Shown piece by piece: positions 58,025 to 64,000 of a stretch of DNA of 64,000 nt (position 1 is its first letter; each line of letters begins with the position of its first letter). This stretch comes from Thermofilaceae archaeon. Lineage in GTDB: Archaea; Thermoproteota; Thermoprotei; Thermofilales; Thermofilaceae. The notes beneath the pieces are model-generated. The model did no database searches. It was not told the DNA's origin and saw only the letters and a program-made list of their open reading frames with translations. Position numbers and translations under genes: made by a program. The DNA lies in contig JAWCCZ010000001.1 in the NCBI GenBank assembly GCA_038861545.1, positions 384,001 to 448,000 of the forward strand. Reading direction: 5' to 3'.

Positions 58025-58935
58025 GCTTTAAGCAGATAACTTGCCCCAGCTGCAACGCCCAGCTTAAGGTCCCACTCGCTGTCTCCGTGGTGGTTTGCCC
58101 CTACTGTGGGTATACGTTCGAGGTCTCCAGCGGGAAGAAGCTGGCGTACTACATGTTTCCCATTTATGTTGACAGCCCAACGGCATGGCGGGTAATGATG
58201 CAATTCATTATTAGAAGGTACGGAGTACCTGAAGACTTTACGGTCGAAGCTAACCCGCGCTTCTCAGAGCTTCACTTTGTGCCTTACTACGTTTTCAAGT
58301 GCAGAGCCAGCTCCTACTGCATTTACTCAAATAGAAGCGCCAGCTACTTGGAAACAGCTGATTATCCTATACCGGCAGCGTGGACCGGGACATGGATCGA
58401 TAAGCACCTCGACAACTTCTCGTTTTCAGTTAGGGGTAAAAGCTTTTTCGACCCTAGGCAGGCTCAGAAAGGCAAGCTCCACATGCCGACGGTAAGGTAC
58501 GAAGAAGCTTACAGAGCAGCTTACCAACTCATCGAGAAGCGCGCGCTGAAAGAAGCGAGAGAGAGCTGCAGCGGTGCAGCCAGGTCCGAAAACATCGAAG
58601 TCGGCTTCATCGGGCTCACACATTACCCATTCTGGCTTATGGAATATATATACAAGGGCGAAGTTTACAGAGCTCTTCTAGACGCGTCGAGCGGTAAGGT
58701 CCTTTACGTTGAGTATCCATTAAGGGCAAAGGCAAGGGCAATGATGCTAACAGCCTCAGCTGTCATCATCGGACTGGGCGTAGCTTCAGGGCTCATAGTC
58801 TCGATCGCGGTTTCTCCACTCGGACTTATAGGCGGCGTTATTACCTCTGCAGCAACCGCTTTCCCGTTACTGACGAAAGCCTTTAGGTCCAGGGCTAGGG
58901 GGTCGGAGGCTATAATCCACAGAAGCGTGCGCTAA
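58015..58935 (+). CDS. Zinc-ribbon protein with two C-terminal TMs, paralogue of upstream gene
   Basis: CPSCNA..CPYCG, HFVPYY, HYPFW..YIYKG..Y..LLDASSGKV; TM hairpin. Confidence 0.75.
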   Translation: MEVGFKQITCPSCNAQLKVPLAVSVVVCPYCGYTFEVSSGKKLAYYMFPIYVDSPTAWRVMMQFIIRRYGVPEDFTVEANPRFSELHFVPYYVFKCRASSYCIYSNRSASYLETADYPIPAAWTGTWIDKHLDNFSFSVRGKSFFDPRQAQKGKLHMPTVRYEEAYRAAYQLIEKRALKEARESCSGAARSENIEVGFIGLTHYPFWLMEYIYKGEVYRALLDASSGKVLYVEYPLRAKARAMMLTASAVIIGLGVASGLIVSIAVSPLGLIGGVITSAATAFPLLTKAFRSRARGSEAIIHRSVR

Positions 58936-58943
58936 TAAGCAGG

Positions 58944-59655
58944 TTGAAAATGGTTAAAATTTACGTGGGAACTTCGGGATGGCTTTACGGCTGGAATGAA
59001 GGAGGGGGTCTCGAATGGTATGTTTCCCACTCGGGTTTAAACGCTATCGAGCTAAACGCGTCTTTCTACAGATTCCCATTCCCAGCTCAAGTTAAGTCTT
59101 GGGTTAAAAGGGGGGGGAGGCTTAAGGTGGTCTATTAAGGTGCATCGGTCGATTACCCACCTGAGAAAGCTGGGTTCTGAAGCCTTGAAGACATGGGAGC
59201 GCTTCAGAGAGCTTTTCAAGCCTATGGATCACTTGGTGGATTTTTACCTTTTCCAGCTGCCTCCAAACTTCTCTGCAACGAACAGTAACTTTAACCGGAT
59301 AAGGGAATTCGCCTCCTTCACCGGTTTAAGGTGGAGAATGGCTGTAGAGTTCAGGCATGAGTCATGGTTTTCAGCGGAGTCCGCGGAGCTTTGCCGGGAA
59401 ATAGAAGCGACATTCGTATCTGTTGACGCGCCGATAGCTAGGTGGATTGCCTCCAGCAACGGGATCGTATACCTGCGCGTACATGGCAGGGACTCATGGT
59501 ATGCTTACGACTACAGCGAGGATGAGCTTAGGGACCTAGCCAGGAGAACAGCTAAACTTACTCCTGAAAAAATCTATGTTTTCTTCAATAACAACCACTG
59601 GATGCTTGGGAACGCCAGGGTTATGCGAACATTGTTACACGAAACGCTCCGCTAA
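58944..59655 (+). pseudogene. DUF72 family gene split by a frameshift in a G8 tract
   Basis: The 5' part has YVGTSGW..IELNASFYRFP and the 3' part has KVHRSITH, LFQLPP, AVEFRHESW, YLRVHGR and VFFNN. Deleting one G at 59110-59117 joins them as KRGGGLRWSIKVHRSITH. Confidence 0.85.
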
Positions 59656-59699
59656 GCAAAGCGGCTAAGGCGCCTGAGGAATAACACTACAGAATTTAA

Positions 59700-60818
59700 A
59701 TGTGTGCCGCGGGCTCAAAAGTTCGAAAACTTGATTATTCCACGGTTCTACTTGCTTCAATTGAACTAGAATTCTTATATAATACTTTATTAAAGCAATC
59801 TACTATGCCCTCAGAGTCCATAGTTTCAAAATTAAGTGGTACATCCTTGTCTTACAGACATTATTTGGTTTCCTCTCTTTGGAGCAAAGAAGCTAGGGAT
59901 ACTCTTAAATCAATTAGGGATCTAAACTCTTATGTTTCTTGGAGAATCCGTAATATTTTAAATGAAAGTGGAATTGACAAGGAGTTATCCAAGAAACCTT
60001 TTCATGAATTTGCAGACGTTAACTTAGCTAAACTCGTCCATGATGTCATGATTAGCGCAGGCTACGCTGAAGGCATTGAAGAGAGATTGAACTGGTTGAG
60101 TCAGCCGGGGTCAGAGCCAACCATAGAAACCATGTTTTTGGCCGAGTTAAAGCCGGCAATCAATAAAACACTAGAAACACTGCCGGATGCTTTACGCAAC
60201 GGGGAGAGACCGCTACTGCGCGCTGATAGGCAAAGCGATTTGATGGGCGTTATTTCTCAATTATGGGATCCGAGGAAAAACCGCCTGTTCAGCGAGAATT
60301 TCGTTTTATGGTCTGGTGTATACAACCTTCCGAAAGAATCCGTTATAGTCGACGCGTTAGCTAAGTTAGGCATTTTAACTTTCCAGCTACTTCGGTTAAC
60401 TGAATGCCGAGTGGTAGCCGTCGACCCTTCCCCTGTAAATATCGGGATCGTGGAGGGCTTTGCGGAAATCCTCGGCGCAACTGAAAGATTAGAGGCGCGC
60501 CTTGGAAACCCAGAAGAGCTCGATAAAATAGCCGGCGAGGCGGACCTCATCGTATCCTTTAACGCTCTACCTTGGGTATCATCCCCCCTCGCGATGCTCA
60601 GAGCAATGCGTCAAGTATCCTCGGCAGCCCTAGTATTCCAGCCGACGTACGATAACCTCACGGGTAAGCTACTCAACGTAATAGACTATCTCCTAGGGTC
60701 TACGCTCTACCCAACCGCGAGTCAATTGCGCGAAATGTTCAAAAACACCGGTTGGCAGGTGGCGAAGGAGACGGTCTTTGCTGCCTACATGGCAATACTA
60801 GAGAAATCTCAGCAATGA
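59700..60818 (+). CDS. Class I SAM-dependent methyltransferase-fold protein (divergent)
   Basis: VIVDALAKLGILT, VVAVDPSP, ADLIVSFNALPWV, LREMFKNTGW. Confidence 0.7.
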   Translation: MCAAGSKVRKLDYSTVLLASIELEFLYNTLLKQSTMPSESIVSKLSGTSLSYRHYLVSSLWSKEARDTLKSIRDLNSYVSWRIRNILNESGIDKELSKKPFHEFADVNLAKLVHDVMISAGYAEGIEERLNWLSQPGSEPTIETMFLAELKPAINKTLETLPDALRNGERPLLRADRQSDLMGVISQLWDPRKNRLFSENFVLWSGVYNLPKESVIVDALAKLGILTFQLLRLTECRVVAVDPSPVNIGIVEGFAEILGATERLEARLGNPEELDKIAGEADLIVSFNALPWVSSPLAMLRAMRQVSSAALVFQPTYDNLTGKLLNVIDYLLGSTLYPTASQLREMFKNTGWQVAKETVFAAYMAILEKSQQ

Positions 60819-60926
60819 ACGCTCGCTATTTACGGGTAGAAACTCGTTCTCCTTAGTTTTCTGAACACAGGTTACAGTCCACGTGGAAAGCTCAAAAATA
60901 TATTCGAGATAGGCGAAGCTTTCTCC

Positions 60927-62234
60927 ATGACTTTAGAGCTCAGATTAGCGGATCTTCGGGAGATACTGCTGCAAGAGGTTGTAGAAAGATGCGAGGAGGG
61001 TTATGATCTCGACGTGGAGGAGTGGCAGGCTAGCATACGCGGAGCCAAAGAAGCAACCGAGCTTGCAGAAATCTACCGCAAGTTGCAAGACCTTCCCATG
61101 AGGAAGGGGTTCAGCTACCGAGAACCAAGCGACCTTAAGGGGATCTTAATGGAACGGTCAGCTTGCCTTCCGAAGTTAGAGGTAAGGCTGAGCTCTGGTC
61201 AGCTGTACGATAAAGTACTGGGGGCCTGGCTTGGAAGGATCGCCGGCTGCATGCTCGGAAAGCCAGTCGAAGGATGGAAGAGAGAGTGGATAAGGGATGC
61301 CTTAAAGAAAGCTGGCGAGTACCCTTTAAAGGGGCCGTATTTTCCATCAGACGTTTTCCACGGTTTAAGCGGAGAGCAACTCGCTTATGTTTCCAGCTTG
61401 AGTAGGGAGGGGATTAGACGGGCAGAAAGGGACGACGACCTCGACTACACGGTTCTAAATTTAATGGTGTACGAGGCTAAGGGGCCATCCTTCACGAGCG
61501 AAGACGTAGCGGAAGCCTGGCTCAACTTCCTTCCCTACTGCCAGACGTACACGGCTGAGAGGGCAGCGTACCGGAACTTAGTTATTGGTTTAAAGCCGCC
61601 TGAAACCGCTGTGTTCCTGAACCCCTACCGTGAGTGGATCGGAGCCCAGATACGCGCTGACTTATGGGGTTATGTTTCGCCCGGTAACCCCGACAGGGCG
61701 GCCGAGCTCGCATACAGAGATGCTAGATTATCCCATACGAAAAACGGGATCTACGGCGAAATGTACTTTGCCGCAGCTATAGCGTTAGCGTATGCGGTTG
61801 AGGAGCCCGAAGCCTTAGTGAGGGGTGCTTTAAACGTGATACCGGCTCAGAGCAGGTTAGCCGAAGCGGTAAATTACACGCTCAATCTCTGGAGGAGTGG
61901 AATATACTGGGAGGAAGCCATTGATAAAGTACTTGAGAAACATAGGTCTTATCATCCGGTGCACACAATTAATAACGCGGCTATAGTCGTGGCAGCCCTG
62001 CTGTGGGGTGAGGGCGATTTCGCGCAAACCATCGCGTACGCCGTTACGGCGGGTCTCGACACGGACTGCAACGGCGCAACCGCTGGCAGCATTATCGGCT
62101 TAATGAAGGGGGCTAGCCGCTTGCCGGAGAAGTGGGTTAAACCCCTGAATAACACGCTGGTATCAGGGTTAAGCGGAGTCGGCGTGGTCTCGATAAGTGA
62201 GTTGGCCGAGCGAACAGTGCATGTTATTCAGTAA
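60927..62234 (+). CDS. ADP-ribosylglycohydrolase family protein
   Basis: GAWLGRIAGCMLGKPVEG, RDDDLDY, YTAE, EWIGAQIRAD, SHTKNG, GLDTDCNGATAGSI. Confidence 0.92.
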   Translation: MTLELRLADLREILLQEVVERCEEGYDLDVEEWQASIRGAKEATELAEIYRKLQDLPMRKGFSYREPSDLKGILMERSACLPKLEVRLSSGQLYDKVLGAWLGRIAGCMLGKPVEGWKREWIRDALKKAGEYPLKGPYFPSDVFHGLSGEQLAYVSSLSREGIRRAERDDDLDYTVLNLMVYEAKGPSFTSEDVAEAWLNFLPYCQTYTAERAAYRNLVIGLKPPETAVFLNPYREWIGAQIRADLWGYVSPGNPDRAAELAYRDARLSHTKNGIYGEMYFAAAIALAYAVEEPEALVRGALNVIPAQSRLAEAVNYTLNLWRSGIYWEEAIDKVLEKHRSYHPVHTINNAAIVVAALLWGEGDFAQTIAYAVTAGLDTDCNGATAGSIIGLMKGASRLPEKWVKPLNNTLVSGLSGVGVVSISELAERTVHVIQ

Positions 62235-62362
62235 CGTTTTTCTTTCTTCATGATGGGTTTCAACCGTTGCTCTTATGGCTTAAACTGGTTCCTCACAATT
62301 CTCTTCTTCATAGATCTAACGCGCTACGAGTGGACTTATTAACCGGGTCGCGGCTATTACCT

Positions 62363-64000
62363 GTGACGGGGCTGAGGCTTTCCACCGTGCTCGCGGTTCT
62401 GGTAATAGCTATTTTAAGTCTGTACTCTTGGCTACTCTTAAATACCATGAAGCCCGCTGGGAGGGGCGTGGAGGGTCAGAGAGAGATCAAGCCCACGAGC
62501 CTTGAGGAAATTCTAGGAAGCCTTACGCTAGAAGAGAAGGCCAGCCTCGTCGTGGGTTGGGGGTGGTCTAGAAGAGTTCCCGGCTCGGCCGGGGAGACAA
62601 GACCCGTTCGAATTACCTCGATGGTCACTGCCGACGGCCCCTCGGGTATAAGGATTGAGGCTACGAAAGAGCAGAAGTGGTACGCAACCGCTTTTCCAGT
62701 ACCCACAATGCTCGCCTCAACATGGAACCCTGAGCTTGTAGAGGCTGTAGGCAGGGCGATGGGGGAAGAGGCTAGAGAGTACGGCGTCGACATATTCCTA
62801 GCTCCCGGACTGAATCTACACCGCCACCCGCTCTGCGGTAGGAACTTTGAGTATTTTTCCGAAGACCCGCTACTGAGCGGGAAAATAGGAGCAGCATACG
62901 TTAAAGGCGTCCAGTCAACAGGCGTAGGTGCTACGCCTAAACACTTTGTAGCTAATGAGCAGGAAATTAACCGAGTTGTAGTTGATACGATCGTTTCCGA
63001 GCGAGCGTTACGGGAAATCTACTTGAAACCTTTCGAGATAGTGATTAAGGAGGCTAGACCTTGGGCCGTGATGAGCGCTTACAATAAACTAAACGGCAAG
63101 TACTGCTCGCAGAACGAGTGGTTGCTCACGAAAGTGTTAAGAGAGGAATGGGGTTTCGATGGCATAGTGATGAGCGATTGGGGAGCTGGAGACAATCCGG
63201 TCGAGCAGATTAAAGCCGGTAACGACTTGATAATGCCCGGTAACGATCAGATAGTTTCGACTCTCCTTCAAGCTGCTAGAAAGGGAGAGCTAAACGAGCT
63301 CGATCTCAACAGAAGCGTTGAGAGGATAGTGAAGGTTGCTGAAAACTCGTTACCCTACAAAGGGTATAACTACTCTAACAACCCGGATCTCGAATCACAC
63401 GCCAAGCTAGCCTATGAGGCCGCAGCTGAAGGCGTAGTCCTGCTTAAGAATTCGAATATGACTTTGCCTCTGAAGCCCAGTGCTAGCTTAGCAGTATTCG
63501 GAACAGGGCAGGTTGAGACCCTGAAAGGCGGTATGGGTAGTGGTCACACTCACCCTAGGTACGTCGTCACAGTACTCCAGGGCTTAAGGGAACGAGGTTT
63601 TAGGGTGGATGAAGAGCTATCCTCTATTTATGAGAGGTACGTTATTGAGAAGAGAGGTAAAGAATTTCTCGAGAAACTATTCTACGAAGAAGCGTACCCT
63701 GAGCCTCTGCTGCAAGATATTGTAAGCGAAGATCAAGTAAGGGAATTCGCTGAGCGTAACGACGCGGCGGTAATCGTTGTTACGAGGATTTCCGGTGAAG
63801 GCTGGGACAGGCGGCTCGATAAAGGCGACTTCTACTTAAGCGACAGCGAGCGGCGCCTCATAGAAACAGTATCCAGGTTTTTCCACGCTAAAGGGAAAAA
63901 GGTTATCGTCGTGCTTAACATCTGCGGGCCTATCGAAGTCGTCAGCTGGCGAGACCTTGTCGATGCTATAGTTCTCATATGGTTGCCCGGACAGGAGGCC
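62363..64000 (+). CDS. GH3 beta-glucosidase with N-terminal membrane anchor (partial, runs off window; absent from ORF track)
   Basis: Open frame LSTVLAVLVIAILSLYSWLLLNTMKP..LTLEEKASLV..ADGPSGIR..HRHPLCGRNFEYFSEDP..KHFVANEQE..GIVMSDW..WLPGQEA. Start GTG 62363 is tentative; ATG 62447 is an alternative. Confidence 0.9.
   Translation, partial: MTGLRLSTVLAVLVIAILSLYSWLLLNTMKPAGRGVEGQREIKPTSLEEILGSLTLEEKASLVVGWGWSRRVPGSAGETRPVRITSMVTADGPSGIRIEATKEQKWYATAFPVPTMLASTWNPELVEAVGRAMGEEAREYGVDIFLAPGLNLHRHPLCGRNFEYFSEDPLLSGKIGAAYVKGVQSTGVGATPKHFVANEQEINRVVVDTIVSERALREIYLKPFEIVIKEARPWAVMSAYNKLNGKYCSQNEWLLTKVLREEWGFDGIVMSDWGAGDNPVEQIKAGNDLIMPGNDQIVSTLLQAARKGELNELDLNRSVERIVKVAENSLPYKGYNYSNNPDLESHAKLAYEAAAEGVVLLKNSNMTLPLKPSASLAVFGTGQVETLKGGMGSGHTHPRYVVTVLQGLRERGFRVDEELSSIYERYVIEKRGKEFLEKLFYEEAYPEPLLQDIVSEDQVREFAERNDAAVIVVTRISGEGWDRRLDKGDFYLSDSERRLIETVSRFFHAKGKKVIVVLNICGPIEVVSWRDLVDAIVLIWLPGQEA

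Noticed and set aside
62476-62793. 105-aa minus-strand ORF
   Set aside because: It is antisense to the GH3 gene that runs off the window end.
1-64000. Mobile elements, tRNA/rRNA genes, CRISPR arrays, cas or known defence genes
   Set aside because: No transposase or integrase motifs, cloverleafs, rRNA-like tracts or spaced repeats were recognised.

Overview
Gene-dense archaeal chromosomal window, most consistent with a Thermoproteota heterotroph such as Thermofilaceae. This is inferred from Nep1, CTP-dependent RibK, archaemetzincin, DUF354, and TTTAAA boxes about 25 nt upstream of starts. No rRNA, tRNA, CRISPR array or transposase was seen. The window is rich in carbohydrate-use genes: GH106-like, GH78, two GH3, a GH-like TIM-barrel protein, a Dpp/Opp-type ABC importer, and two ADP-ribosylglycohydrolase-family genes, one of them decayed. 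The most notable element is a divergent membrane-complex locus at about 5.8-22.9 kb, with a satellite operon at 25.4-31.6 kb. It contains three paralogous giant MacB/FtsX-type membrane proteins, two OPT-like (DUF6785-like) multipass proteins, surface-anchored beta-rich proteins and a GT-C-like protein, with no cognate ATPase nearby. One FtsX paralogue carries a catalytically degenerate PA/M28 ectodomain and another a C-terminal CARF-like Rossmann domain. Other points are an SPFH/zinc-ribbon operon, a LigB-like DNA ligase, perfect DNA identity tracts between dppD and dppF, and a DUF72 gene split at a G8 run. All family calls come from motif recognition by eye; no database searches were run.
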